A DNA stretch of 64,000 nt. Source: Octopus sinensis (lineage: Eukaryota). Under the pieces are notes generated by a model, which worked only from the letters and a program-made list of their open reading frames with translations, was not told the DNA's origin and did no database searches. Numbering within the stretch: position 1 is the stretch's first letter; each line of letters begins with the position of its first letter. The stretch covers positions 3,038,001 to 3,102,000 of the forward strand of contig NC_043005.1 in NCBI RefSeq assembly GCF_006345805.1, written 5' to 3'. Below are positions 13,261 through 26,269 of the stretch, piece after piece. Made by a program: the position numbers and the translations under genes.

Positions 13261-15163
13261 AGGACAAGTGTCCTTCAGAGGACTATCATGGTTTCCTGGT
13301 CTCTTGTTCTAAAGGTTCTAAGAATCCATCCGGTCAGTCGTCTACATTTCATTGCCAATTTAGCAATGTATGGTAAACTTTTTTATGAAATTTTGGTGAA
13401 GGCAGTGGTAACGATAATAATTTGTGGTTATAATTGTTTACTGTAGGATGTGAAATATGCACAATGTATAAAGTTTTAAGAAGGTATTTATTTACCGTTA
13501 CGTTACAAATACCTTGCCTCAACAGACAGGTTGTGATACATCCAAAAGCATGCGAAGTAAAGTTTGTGTTTGTGTCCTCATCATTGTTTAGTAGTAATTG
13601 CTGAGACAGAATGATGTTGTAAGAGAACAGAATTAGAGCTAGAGAGAAGTGTTGGTTGTTGTCTGACAGTAAACTTCCTCTCTCCCTTTGATCAAGGTTG
13701 GTCAGCCAGACCCCGTTGAGTCATCACCGACTGTGACTGACTGATTTTTGCTTGGGATGTGCTTACTTATATAAAGATCCAGAAGGATTGAGAACAATAG
13801 ATTTAGTTGGTGGTCTTGTTATCTCTATTCTAGCTTTTTGTGAAGCAGAGGAGGTCAGAAAAGGTCAAGTGGTGAAAGCATTATTTCGGCCTAGGTAAAG
13901 GCATTTGGAAAATGTAAAACTGCTGCCAGAGAAAAACCATTGTTCCACTATGGGAAAAGTTCTGTAGTAGTGTTATTTTAAATTTGGCTATGGTGGATCG
14001 AATCCACTTCATGCATGCAGGATTCACTACATATATATATAGTTTATATTTAGCTTTAATAACTACTGCTCAAATATGAGATTTAGTTTTAGGCAATCAC
14101 CAATATAGTTGATTATTTTAAAATTATCCTACAAAAATAAAATCCAGTCCCATAAGACGCCCTTCCTGCGATAAACGGTATTTCTCCTTTATTCCTAACA
14201 TGGTCAATTTCCGAAAAAGAAAAAAAAAGGGGAGGGGGAAACTATCGTCATAACGTCGTAAAAAAAAATCAGTTCATATTTTCAAGGGAATGAATTGCGA
14301 AGGTAATGATTTCAAGGGGAGTAACTACGTAATATAGAATTGGAAGGGAGTTAACTCTAGCATGAGTTGTTCATAGCACTTTGTAGAATTTTGTCGGGGA
14401 AAATGCAAGATGCCTCTCTTCGAAAATCTGGATGCAAATTTCATATCTGGTTTCAGAATTTGCAATATACGTATTTCCAAATTATATTTAATATGACATG
14501 TAGGTATTAAAAGTTGCAAATATATGATAAAAGCTACAACAGTCATTTCCCCTGTTTTAGAGAAAGCTCTAGACTTTTTTTTCCACCTACATTTCGATAG
14601 CAATGAAATCTAATGCAAAAAGATACGTGTAGCTGGATACATTCTCCTCCTGGGGGCACGAAAATACTGCCCGACAATAAAATAACTGATGTCGCTTTGG
14701 TAGGACAACCACTTGACAATGGACGCTTGAATACAATCCATTTAGAAGGAATTTTAAATTTCTCTCTACTTCTTCAGGAATATCTTTGATTTATCAAATG
14801 GATTCCAAAGTGACATTTACAAAATCCTATTTAATCAACCGCGAATATATCATTTCAACTAAAATGTATCGCATTAATTGATGTGTTTTCTGTTTCGAAT
14901 AGGAAAAAAATACAAACATGAAGAAATGAATGTAAATTCTTCCTATCCCCAAAAGACGCAAACTAAAATTTTCTTGTGAAGAGAATTTATTGTAGAAAAT
15001 TTGCAACCACATTCGAAGCTGAAGAAATCGATCTGTAAACAAGTGTCCCAGACACTAGACAAATAATCAACATTATAACGAGCTGTTTCAGGTAGAGTTT
15101 TGATAAATAGAACACAAAACGTATTGTAAGGCAAAATTAATGTTTTATTACTGATTCATCATA

Positions 15164-15275
15164 TAAGGCAAATAGATATGTGTAAGGCAAATAGATATGT
15201 GTAAGGCAAATAGATATGTGTAAGGCAAATAGACATGTGTAAGGCAAATAGATATGTGTAAGGCAAATAGACATG
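15164..15275. repeat. 19-bp minisatellite (TAAGGCAAATAGATATGTG), about 6 copies
   Basis: Directly visible tandem copies. Confidence 0.9.
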
Positions 15276-15304
15276 GAGTATAGCCCAGATACTTAACTGC
15301 TGAA

Positions 15305-15640
15305 AATATATTTATTTTGGCACAAGGTCAGTAATTTCGGGGGAATGGTGGTAATTCGATTACATCGACCCCAGTGATCAACTGATATTTATTTCATCGA
15401 CCCCGAAAGGATTACAAGGTAAAGTCAACCTCAGCAGAATTTAAACTCAGAATGTGCAATCGGAAGAAATGCCTCTAAGCATTTTCTCCGGTGTGCTAAC
15501 GATTCTGCCAGCTCGTAATTAAGATATAATGATTTCAAACTTTGACACAAGGTGAGCAGTTTTGAGTGAGGCGGGCGAGTCGATTACATCGACCCCCACA
15601 GTTCAAATGCGACTTATTTAGTCGACCTTGATTACTATTG
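15305..15640 (-). mobile_element. Nin/Deu-like SINE plus a partial second copy
   Basis: Reverse complement of the SINE core: ATCGACCCCAG...ATCGACCCCGAAAGGAT...GTCAACCTC..GAATTT. Confidence 0.75.
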
Positions 15641-15737
15641 AAAATATAGCGAAATTTCATAAACACCTACAAAACAAATTCGTTTAATTGCATACCCAGT
15701 TAATTGCACAGAAATTTCAAGTGGAAATAACTATGTC

Positions 15738-15890
15738 ATAAGATACGTTAGTTTATAATGATCCTAAAAGATACGTTGGTAGATATAAGATACGTTAGTT
15801 TATAATGATATCATAAGATACGTTAGTATATATTAGTCTTAAAAGATACGTTGGTATATAATGGTGTTGAAAGATATGTTAGTAGATAGT
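15738..15890. repeat. Imperfect minisatellite with AAGATACGTT(A/G)GT core, about 6 copies
   Basis: Directly visible. Confidence 0.75.
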
Positions 15891-16889
15891 GGTCTACATT
15901 TTTTGATATCTTAAGCAGATTTTTATATTTAATTAAAAACAACAGTCTTTTATTTTATACACCCAAACACACAATGGGTTCAGTTAGGACAAAGACTTTG
16001 CTAAATATTGAATTTATTCAAATGTTCTTTAATGGGTTTCAATCATTGGATTACGGTTACATTTTGGTTACGTCTTCGTGGATTACAGTCGATTAGGATG
16101 ATCTCGACCTTTCCTGTATTTATTATAGTATCGACTTTGGAGCACAACAAAAGTTGAAGTCAGCTTGGTGTAAACTAAAGCAGCAAATATGGATAGAAAA
16201 CAAGAATGTAACTGAAGAATTTCGCTATGCCCTGGGAGAGAAGGAAAGTGACATTTCATACAACAAAGAGTGTCGGCTTCATTGGAGTAGGGTTGTCGTC
16301 ATGGAAATATATTTCGAATCGAATGCAAATTGCTAATTAAAATATACCCGGTACACAGTCTGTCTTTATGGCTAGAATCCCTCTTCCCCTTCAGTTTTTA
16401 AATCTCAAATTAATTCAGATGAAACCAATCTGGTTAATTCAAACAGAATTGGAAAATCGAACTTCAACTGGAGAAAAGCACAAAACCACAACATTAACTG
16501 AAGATTGCCGAAGATTATAAAAGAGAGAAACAGGAAAATATCTGTGGATTAAGTAGAGTTTGAAAGCATCTCCTAATTATCAAATACAATAAATTTGCTG
16601 ATTATTTAACTGCTAAATCAGAGATATTCAATAAATGTTGTGCATCAATAAATATCTGCTGAAAATGCAGCAAGTTATACCCTAACAAAATGACTGTATC
16701 AACATAATGCTATTTGCCAAGGACACGCCCATGCACACCTTCTTTTCTATCAGCAACGGAACTCTTCTTTCTTGAGCTCTACTTTCTCTTTTTATGTCAC
16801 CTAAAGGAAATGTCTGTCATGTCATTATATTTTTAAATAATTACGTATATAGGCAGTTAAGGTAAATACCAATTATACACACACACACG

Positions 16890-17030
16890 AATGTATGTAT
16901 GTATGTATGTATGTATGTATGTATGTATGTATGTATGTATGTATGTATGTATGTATGTTGTATGTATGTATGTATGTATGTATGTATGTATGTATGTATG
17001 TATGTATGTATGTATGTATGTATGTATACA
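16890..17030. repeat. (TATG)n microsatellite, one of many long TATG/TA/CA/GA tracts in the window
   Basis: Directly visible; such tracts explain most ORF-track entries (MYVC, IYIY and THTH repeats). Confidence 0.95.
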
Positions 17031-17406
17031 TACATGCATACGTACATGCACACACATAGACGTATATAAATGTGTGTGTGTGTGTATGTGTGACTATAAT
17101 TTTTGTTCCTGACTTTGATGTTGCAGTGGAGTTAGGAATCCTAACGTCCGTTTGTCGCATCGCCTACATAGACCAATTAAATGCCAGACTGACAATAAAA
17201 TACTCAAAGTGATGTGATTCACTAAACTCCGAACGTTGTGCTCCATCACATCCACGACCAAACTCCGAAATCTGCGAGAGAAGTAAGAGAACATATTATT
17301 GTTATTATTATTGCTGTTGTTGTTGTTATTATTATTATTTGTCATTATTATTATTATTATTTGTTATTATTATCGTTATATATTTGCAATATATATATAG
17401 ATATGA

Positions 17407-17437
<31 letters not shown>

Positions 17438-17443
17438 TGTACC

Positions 17444-17494
<51 letters not shown>

Positions 17495-17504
17495 GCACAT
17501 ACAT

Positions 17505-17619
17505 TCAAACAGCGATAGAGTTAGGAATTAAGGGAGGATCCAAGACGTCGTAAGGCCAACCACGGTTTTCAATTTTTTCACTGATTTCTTCAGTAATTCT
17601 TTTTAGATTCGATTGGAAC
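17505..17619 (-). CDS. Lipoxygenase terminal exon ([E]FQSNLKRITEEISEKIENRGWPYDVLDPPLIPNSIAV*)
   Basis: Acceptor ttttag|G, phase 2; TGA at 17507-17505; PYxxLxPxxIPNSxxV is the LOX C-terminus. Confidence 0.93.
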
Positions 17620-18207
17620 CTAAAACAGAAGAAAAGAAACAATGAGAAAGAAAGAAAATTAGAAAGACACAAACAAATACACCTCATAACAACAATTACT
17701 GCAACATAAATTAAACTTGGTTTATAGACAATCCTTTTATATTTGATAAGATTTCAGTTTGACTCTGTTTTATTGTCTCATTTCAGTGAATTTGTAGAAA
17801 ATCTTTCATCAATAATGAACGAAGTTCTCCAAGTGTTTATATTTCTTGATGTATTTTCGCATCGACTTTGACTTGTATATTTGACCACAACCTTTTATAT
17901 GTTACTTCATATTAGCACATTACCACACAACCTATTATCGCCTAATAATAGATATTCTACCAAAACTACATATTGTCACACTTTATCACATTAATCCTAC
18001 GGTGATACACATTATTACAGACACAGGGTGGGTGGTGCACAAGTAGGTATACAGTTATGAAAAAAAAAAAAACACGTACAATATTCATTTATTTTTTATC
18101 AAAAAATTAAAAGTTACGATAAAAGTATTATTCATAGTTACGATAAATGTATTATTATGATTAATGACACTGAAATTATTAATTTTTTAAAAATAAAAAT
18201 AAATAAT

Positions 18208-18617
18208 AGGCGCAGGAGTGGCTGTGTGGTAAGTAGCTTGCTAACCAACCACATGGTTCCGGGTTCAGTCCCACTACGTGGCATCTTGGGCAAGTGTCTT
18301 CTGCTATAGCCCCGGGCCGACCAATGCCTTGTGAGTGGATTTGGTAGACGGAAACTGAAAGAAGCCTGTCGTATATATGTATATATATATAAGTGTGTGT
18401 GTATATGTTTGTGTGTCTGTGTTTGTCCCCCTAGCATTGCTTGACAACCGATGCTGGTGTGTTTATGTCCCTATTACCTAGCGGTTCGGCAAAAGAGACC
18501 GATAAAATAAGTACTGGGCTTACAAAGAATAAGTCCCGGGGTAGATTTGCTCGACTAAAGGCGGTGCTCCAGCATGGCCGTAGTCAAATGACTGAAACAA
18601 GTAAAAGAGTAAAGAGT
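18208..18617 (+). mobile_element. Full-length tRNA-derived SINE with internal microsatellite
   Basis: A/B-box-like head GGCTGTGTGGTAAG..GGTTCAGTCCC, TTGGGCAAGTG core, tail GGTGCTCCAGCATGGCC..CTGAAACAAGTAAAAGAGT; a second full copy at 44115-44510. Confidence 0.85.
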
Positions 18618-19044
18618 AAGTATTGTAAGAGTTTTCTTTTTTCCCGGCTGTATACCTACTTTTGAGCTTTCCTGTAAAACAAAACGTATCGCATTTTGCT
18701 ATTGATAATACCTAGAAGAAGGTGCTTCTTTTCCCCTCACCAAAGTGAATGGATCTTTGGCCAAGAGGAACTGATGTCATCACACTGTGTCTCCAACGAT
18801 TATCAGATGTTTCCACACTGAACCGTAACACCCTCCTCTTTGTGATTCAGTAGAGGCGGCCAAATCTTTGCTCTTCATCTCCTCCTGGCTTCTAGCTTAA
18901 CATCTCTCTCTTGCTCCTTAATCAGCAAACGGATATTTATTTTCCAGCATTATCACTCAGTATCACAAATTATCACATTGCCCTATATTATCGTATCACA
19001 CAATCACATTAATCCAATCAGATACCACCTAATATTGGCTTCCA

Positions 19045-19428
19045 ATTTCAGGGGAGGATGTAAGTCAGTTACATCAACCCCAGTGTAAGTCAGTTACATC
19101 AACCCCAGTGTTTCACTACTAATTCTGCCGACGCCCGAAAGGATGAAAAGCGAAATCAACCTCGACGGAATTTCAACTCAGAACCGGCGAAATACCTATT
19201 TCTTTATTACCCACAAGGGCCTAAACACAGAGGGGACAAACAAGGACAGACATAGGTATTAAGTCTATTACATCGACCCCAGTGCGTAACTAGTACTTAA
19301 TTTATCGACCTCGAAAGGATGAAAGGCAAAGTCGACCTCGGCGGAATTTGAACTTAGAACGTAACGCAGACGAAATACCGCTAAGCATTTCGTCCGGCGT
19401 GCTAACGATTCTGCCAGTTCGCCACCTT

Positions 19429-19482
<54 letters not shown>

Positions 19483-19675
19483 CCTCTCAAATTAGGGGTT
19501 AGGGTATAAGTCGATTACATCAACTCCATTGCTTGACTGGTACTTATTATATCAAACCTGAAAGGATGAAAAGCAAAGTCGACTTCGGCGGAATTTGAAC
19601 TCAGAACGTAAGGACGGACGAAATGCAGCTAAGCACTTCGCCTGGCATGCTAATGATTCTGCCAGCTCGTCGCCT
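19045..19675 (-). mobile_element. Cluster of three Nin/Deu-like SINE copies, with a (TAA)n tract between the last two
   Basis: Repeated GAAAGGATGAAA.GC.AA.TC.AC.TC..CGGAATTT.AACT core at about 19140, 19315 and 19560. Confidence 0.8.
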
Positions 19676-19784
19676 TCAGATACTCCCTAATATTGCAAAT
19701 TATCACATGCATATTCATACATTATCACTTTACTGTACATGATCACATATCACATATTTCACATAATCGGATATGAATACTTAC

Positions 19785-19948
19785 TCGGCGACGCATTGAA
19801 GTCCCACTTGATGACAGATATATTTTACATCGAAATTTCCCAGAGGATTGGTTTCTCTTTTGCTCAGGACGCTTGTGACTTTTAAAACATCGAAAATTGT
19901 TGTTACCTTAGGCAGGGCATCTACGATATCCTTCTCGGTTCTGGGTGC
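19785..19948 (-). CDS. Lipoxygenase exon (APRTEKDIVDALPK...LSKRETNPLGNFDVKYICHQVGLQCVA)
   Basis: Acceptor tatcag|GCA and donor GA|gtaagt; 164 nt, phase 0 to 2; resembles the TExDIxxxLP...LS...LG segment of invertebrate LOX. Confidence 0.9.
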
Positions 19949-20126
19949 CTGATACACGAAACAATGAAACAAATAAAAAAAGGAAATTAACCTATCAATT
20001 CATTCGTTATTGAATAGTTTTCTGGGAAAATAATATTATTAGCTTTCAAGTTTTGAGTTTGATATCGACTGAAGGGACACATTGTAAAATAAGTCTATAA
20101 AGTGTGTGTGTGTGTGTGTGTGTGTG

Positions 20127-20158
<32 letters not shown>

Positions 20159-20410
20159 GAATTAAGTTAAACACAATCGGTGAAAATTTACACAACAAAT
20201 GGAACAAGTGACAAAAACCCCTCATCAGGTGTCTATCTACAGATCCTGCAGATTTCAGTACCTTAGAACAGACCCACTAGTTTCTTCAACTATTTATCAG
20301 TGATGGTTGACAAGAATTGATGATAAATGAGAAATGTGACGGACACTCTGATGGAAATATAATCTTGGGTCTTAGTAACTGGAAAAACGAGAACAAAACA
20401 TTAGTCTTTT

Positions 20411-20557
<147 letters not shown>

Positions 20558-20572
20558 CTGCAAGATAACAGA

Positions 20573-20953
20573 ACACATGAGCAACGATGAACAAAGGAGA
20601 TATAGCAATGAGGTACAGAAAGTGACGGTGTGGCCACAAGGAAGATAAGGGACCCGCTTGTGTGAAAATAGGGGAGGAAGTCTGGGTTAAGCCACCAAAG
20701 GCGCGCTGTTCGTCTCAATGGAGCAGAGGAACGGTGACGGTGGTCAATTCCAGAAACAACGTCTCCGTGGATGGAATGCCAGAACATGTCTTGGACCTTC
20801 GCAGGATTGTCGCTTCGTCAGACGACGATTGTGGAGAGGGGGAGAACGAGGTGCCTAGCCTGAGAAGATCTCGACGCGCAAGGCGCCATCCCGGTTGGAT
20901 GGTGGACTACAACATGGAGTAGAGAGATTGTGATCTTTAAGATCAGGGTGGCG
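20573..20953 (+). mobile_element. Gypsy-like LTR retrotransposon integrase C-terminus and PPT
   Basis: VWVKPPKARCSSQWSRGTVTVVNS.NNVSVDG..H..DLR and LRRSRRARRHPGWMVDY; purine-rich AGGGTGGCG just before TG. Confidence 0.7.
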
Positions 20954-21536
20954 TGTGGGATGAAGTCAGCAGCTGGGGAGCTGACCAGAAGAGGAAGGGG
21001 CAGGAGTGACGCGCGCGCAGGCAGGGCAGCATTGGGCCTTTTCGATCGAGGAAGCCGAGCGAGTCGGACGTGTGAGCTCGTTGTCAAGGTAGGGGAAAAG
21101 CAGCTGCTATTTCTAGTGTTCGGGTGGGGCCGCGTGGAAGGGTGCATTACCACTGGGGAGGTCTCCGTCGACGAAGAGAAGGTAGGTGTCCTTATTTCAA
21201 ATCTGCCGCATACGCCACAGGTTTCTCTGGGAGAGGCAGACTGGACAGAGAAACAGGAAGAGATGGATGCTGGGAAGAGGTGGCAGTGTGCAAAGAGACG
21301 GAAAAGGTGACAGAGAAGAGAGAGAAAGAGAGAGAACAGAGGAAGGAAGAGAAAAGAACGAGGCAACAATAATTTAAACAGGATTACGATATATCTGTGT
21401 TCGTGTATATGTTTCTGGGTGTGTGTGCGCACCCGCTTGTGCTCACGTATGCTCAACTATTAAGGTCGTCTGGACACCTCCCAGTGTAGACGCGCACATT
21501 TAACTCTGGACTGCATCCAGAATAAAACCATTCACA
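20954..21536 (+). mobile_element. 3' LTR, 583 bp
   Basis: Begins TGT directly after the PPT and ends ACA, with AATAAA at 21521-21526. Confidence 0.65.
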
Positions 21537-21941
21537 GGATGGAGGAGACTTCACAAACCAATACTTCTCAAACTCTTTCCTTCCCAATATATTCTGTTGC
21601 TGCTGTTGCTGCTGCTGCTACTACTACTACTACTACTACTCCCCCCGCAGTCTTTGTTCCGCTTCATCACCTCCATTTGAATCCATACTATTCTCACACA
21701 AACTCACTTTCCAGTCGTTCGTTTCGCCACGATAGCATCTTTCCTACTTTATCATACCACATTATCACATGTTATCGCATATTAACAGATATTCTCCTAA
21801 TATCACATATTATTGTACATTGTTATAGATTAACACATTATTACTCGTTATTACACATTATCATATATTATCACATATTTTTTTAATTATTTATTATCAC
21901 ATATCAACCCATATTAACACTATTAATGTTATCAACAAAAA

Positions 21942-21974
<33 letters not shown>

Positions 21975-21981
21975 AACTTAC

Positions 21982-22164
21982 TTTGTCTTTTAATAGCGGT
22001 GTCCTCAGCATCGATGGATAGTTTGCAGGGTGACCATATTCGTCATATTGTAGGAAATTGACAGCAGCATGTGACACACTGCAGGTGAAGATGATTACGG
22101 ACACAATCCATTTCAAGTCCTCCTTTGAAGACACGTGACCCTTACCATCTTTCATTGGTAAACC
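21982..22164 (-). CDS. Lipoxygenase exon with iron-ligand motif HAAVN (GLPMKDGKG...IIFTCSVSHAAVNFLQYDEYGHPANYPSMLRTPLLKDK)
   Basis: Acceptor ttaaag|GGT and donor AAA|gtaagt; 183 nt, phase 0 to 0; IFTxSxxHAAVNFxQYD is the diagnostic LOX C-terminal signature. Confidence 0.95.
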
Positions 22165-22739
22165 CTTTAACAGACAATAGAAGATATTTTATATACAACT
22201 GTATTTAACTATTTAATGATATTAGGAAAAGTCTACATAATCGTTCGATCTGCTAAAATTAACAGTCTAATCTATTCAAATCACACATTGCCGCAGTGTT
22301 TCTCAAAACTTTGACTTCAGAATAAACTTCGGATAAAAAAAAGGAATACTGATCCATTTCGCTTTGATTTTCTTTTTAAGTTGTAGATTTTCAAGAAATA
22401 GAAATTTTTTTTTTTTTTGTTAATCATACAAATTTATGAAATTTAACTAAATTCTGAGTAATAAGTTCTTCAAGACATTCATTAATTGTATAGATTTTGT
22501 AAAGCATTGTATGATATTTTTTAAAATGTGCAAACCAAAAATTGAAGATCTTAGCCACATTCTTTTCTTTCCTACCACAGGCACAAGGCCCACTTAGCCA
22601 CATCATTGCCAGTTGTGAAAGTATGTCTTCTTGTTACTTTCTCCCTTTAAAAGAATTTATTCAATTTATTTCAACTTTTACTTAAGAACAATCGAAACCG
22701 ACAACAGAGTTTAATGAAAGTGTAAATATTTTCTTGATT

Positions 22740-22940
22740 CTCTTTACTCTTTTATTTGTTTAAGTCATTTGACTGTGGCCATGCTGGAGCACCGCCTTTA
22801 GTCGAGCTAATCGACCCAATGACTTATTCTTTGTAAGCCTAGTACTTATTCTATCGTTCTCTTTGCCGAACCACTAAGTTACGGGGACGTAAACACACCA
22901 ACATCGGTTGTCAAGCAATGTTGGGGGGGACAAACATAGA
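22740..22940 (-). mobile_element. SINE 3' half (family of 18208-18617)
   Basis: CATTTGACTGTGGCCATGCTGGAGCACCGCC...GCCGAACCACTAAG is the reverse complement of the tail. Confidence 0.8.
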
Positions 22941-22953
22941 CACACACACATAA

Positions 22954-23044
<91 letters not shown>

Positions 23045-23047
23045 TAT

Positions 23048-24948
23048 CAAAACAGTCCTGATATATTTTGTCATGTCTGTGGTTCATTTACCACCAAAGC
23101 CCAGCAACGTGCCATCACAAGTGAAATCAAGAAGATCTACCAGTTATAATTTGGCTGCTCTCTTGGGAAACAAGATAAGAGTTGGGCCCCACACATCATC
23201 AGCTCAGCTTGTTCAAATGGACCAAGGGATTGGCTAAATAAGAGGAAGAGAGCAATGCCATTTGCAATACCTATGATATGGAGAGAGCCAAAGGATCGTT
23301 TCTTGGACTGTTATTTCTGCAACGTTAATGTATGTGGGTTTACTGTAAAGACCAAGCATAAGATTGTGTATCCCAACTTGGAATCAGCAAGAACACCAGC
23401 AAGATGAAGATCTTTTTATTCCAATACCACCAGAAAATGGCCTTCAGATGTTTGACGAAGGCGTATTTCCTGAAGAAAAAACTACTGCTGTGGAAGAGAC
23501 CGAAGTGGATGCAGATTTCATGAGTGAAAATGAAGACGTACCACAGAAATTTTCTCAAGGAGAGTTAAATGATTTAGTTAGAGACTTGCCATTGTCGAAG
23601 GATAAAGTTGAACTTGGCTACAAGAAAAGTGTCTGCTTAAGAAAGATGTTTGTATTACTCATTTCAGGAAGAGAAATAGGGATCTGACTTCATGCTTCTC
23701 TGTTGATGTTTCAGTAATAACAATGATGAGTTATTTCGCTGTTTGTTCCAAGAGCATGTTCCAGCCGAATGGCGCTTATTCACTGATTCATCTAAGAGAA
23801 TCCTCAAGGCAGTACTACTACACACTGGCAATAAGAAACCATCCATTCCCATAGGACATTCAGTGCACGTGAAGGAGTGTTATGAAAACATGCAAGTACT
23901 CCTCAATGCCATAAAGTATACAAACTACAGCTGGAAAATATGTGGAGACTTGAAGGTGATTGGAATGTTGATGGGAATGCAATTTGGGTTCACCAAATAT
24001 TGTTGCTTTTTATGCCTATGGGACAGTCGTGAAACTAACAAGCACTATGTGCAATCAGAGTGACCTTTGCGAAAATCATATGAGCAGGGAGTCTCTAGCG
24101 TCCCGAGTAAGCCATTTTAAACCCAGAAAATGTTCTTCTCCCTCTTCACATAAAGCTTCGCCTCATGAAACAATTCATGAAGACACTTACCAGAAAAAGC
24201 TCAAAAGGTTTTGAATATGTGAAGGTTAAATTTTCAAAAATCCCCGAGGCAAAACTGAAGGAGGGCATATTCATAGGTCCACAGATAAAAGAACTCCTGA
24301 ATGACAACCACTTCCTCACAGCACTGGATGAGATTAAGCTTAAAGCCTGGGAATCTTTCAAATGGCTCTGTGAAAATTTCCCAGGCAACAAGAGATCTCT
24401 AGAGTTTAGAAATGGAGTGAAATGTCTTCTAGACTCCAACACTGCAATGGACTGTCGGATCTCCATTTCCTTGATTCTGGACTTTTTTGCAGGGAACCTT
24501 GGAGCAGTGTTTGATGAGATGGGGAACGCTTTCATCAAGATATTGCATCGATGGAACATCGATATCAAGGATTTTGGAATGCAGGAATGTTAGCTGACTA
24601 CTGTTGGATGTTATACAGGGATGAACCAGAGACAAAACAACATAGAAAGTCCAAATCCCAAAGATTTTAAGTTGTTATGCATTTGAGTGTATTCTAAATT
24701 ATTTTTACACAATAATTTTAATTTTGTACAATAAAAATCCATGAAATCATCGTATCTTGTATTCAATATACTTTATATAGACATGCTTTACGTATCCTAT
24801 AAGTTAAAAGAGCAGGCATCATTAACATGAAAATGTGACCTGACAGAGGAAATCGGACTTCAGATTCGTAACCAGCATCAAAATTTAACCCAGAAAAGTT
24901 AATCAGCAACTCTGATGATTAAAAAAGGTTTCATTTTGTTGACCAGTG
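23048..24948 (+). mobile_element. Chapaev3-like (CMC group) DNA transposon, decayed, inside a LOX intron
   Basis: N-terminal PDIFCHVCG...QDKSWAPH...PFAIPMIWREP...DCYFC; core EWRLFTDSSKR.LKAVLLH, CGDLKV, FTKYCCFLCLWDSR, KLKEGIFIGPQI; right end ...CATTTTGTTGACCAGTG. Family name is from recalled motifs. Confidence 0.78.
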
Positions 24949-25354
24949 TATTCTAGATAGTTGCTTGGCTAACCAGAAACAGCAGTCAAATCTCCTTCTA
25001 ATCGCACACTTACGCTTCAATCTTAATGAATCTCTCCACCAATTTTGTCCTATTCTTCTTTATAATTTGATTCATATCCAAAATGTTTTATAGAGATTCT
25101 AATTCGCACCAACACCAACAACAAGTAGTTGACGACTATATTGTGTAATCCACTCCTAAGATAATTAAAAGTTAAGGTGGCCTCCATAGGATTTGAATTC
25201 AGATCATTAAGGACCAAAAATAAAAATAAAAACACCAAGGTATATTTTCTGTTATTCTAATGATTTTACAATCCACTGTAAAAAGAAAAGCAAAAAACAA
25301 AAAAAAAAGTATTTAACAAATGAAACTAAAGAGCCATTACGGGACTAAGCAACG

Positions 25355-25355
<1 letters not shown>

Positions 25356-25393
<38 letters not shown>

Positions 25394-25403
25394 ACAGCAA
25401 CAA
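25356..25403. repeat. (CAG/CAA)n tract of about 16 triplets, intronic
   Basis: Directly visible; 36 nt from the LOX donor at 25439. Confidence 0.9.
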
Positions 25404-25439
25404 GATTTTACTTTGTATAGAATTATGAACAGGAAATAC

Positions 25440-25522
25440 CTTCAATCCACCTCTGCTTGGCACGGACATATTTTCTACCCAATCCTGCAACTCTCCGTCC
25501 CCATCAACATCTTCATCCTTTT
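25440..25522 (-). CDS. Lipoxygenase exon ([E]KDEDVDGDGELQDWVENMSVPSRGGLK)
   Basis: Not in the ORF track. Acceptor atttcag|AA and donor AAG|gtattt; 83 nt, phase 1 to 0, joining both neighbours in frame; carries the LOX DxELQxW motif. Confidence 0.9.
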
Positions 25523-25680
25523 CTGAAATTATAAATAAATGGGGAATACGATTGTTAGTCGCAGTCAGTTGCAGGAGAGAACTGACACGTTCCTCTCAAC
25601 TCCTCAGGTGTATGAAGCAGTTGGCCTCCTACAAAAATTTCTCAGTCAATTCCCGATTCTTTCCACACATTTTTGGTAGT

Positions 25681-25741
<61 letters not shown>

Positions 25742-26269
25742 ACACACACACACACACACAACACACACACACACACTATAATGAATTAAAAGCAGCACTA
25801 GTGTTGTGAACATTATCGACCGCACATACTCAATGGATGTGTTTTGCTTGTTCACTGGTACGCTCTGACATAGCGCTGTGGGGACGACTCCCTCTTAACA
25901 CTGAGTGAAAACCACTGAAAGTCATAGACAGGCGAGACAACTCGTCCCCCGATCGCATTCAGGAGCGATGGCTGCTGATATTTCGCCATTTCTGTAGTTT
26001 ATCAATATAACGGACCCGAATTGAACCAGAGACAAGGAATATGAGTGGACAGATGAAAGAAAGAAGCACTCAACGCGGCTGGTTGGAGTTGTATGTATTT
26101 TATAACATTTACACTCAGCTCTACATCACTTACAATTTGTGATTGTAGAACACGTGCACATCCTGAGATGTTCGGAGACAGAGTAGAGGAATTTTTAAAA
26201 GATTTAGAAAACTTCGAGGTGAGATTGTTTAGGCTTCCGTTGGCCTGTCACCTTAGAAAAAATTGGTGA

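Noticed and set aside
15164-15890. Short regular repeats considered as a CRISPR-like array
   Set aside because: They are head-to-tail minisatellites without unique spacers, in an animal genome with no cas genes.
16497-16553. CTGAAGA...GAAACAG...CTGT hammerhead-like string
   Set aside because: Stem III is possible, but there is no stem II, position 17 is G and stem I is out of register.
25320-25526. Plus-strand poly-Q ORF
   Set aside because: It is a CAG microsatellite, and the ORF overlaps the real minus-strand LOX exon.
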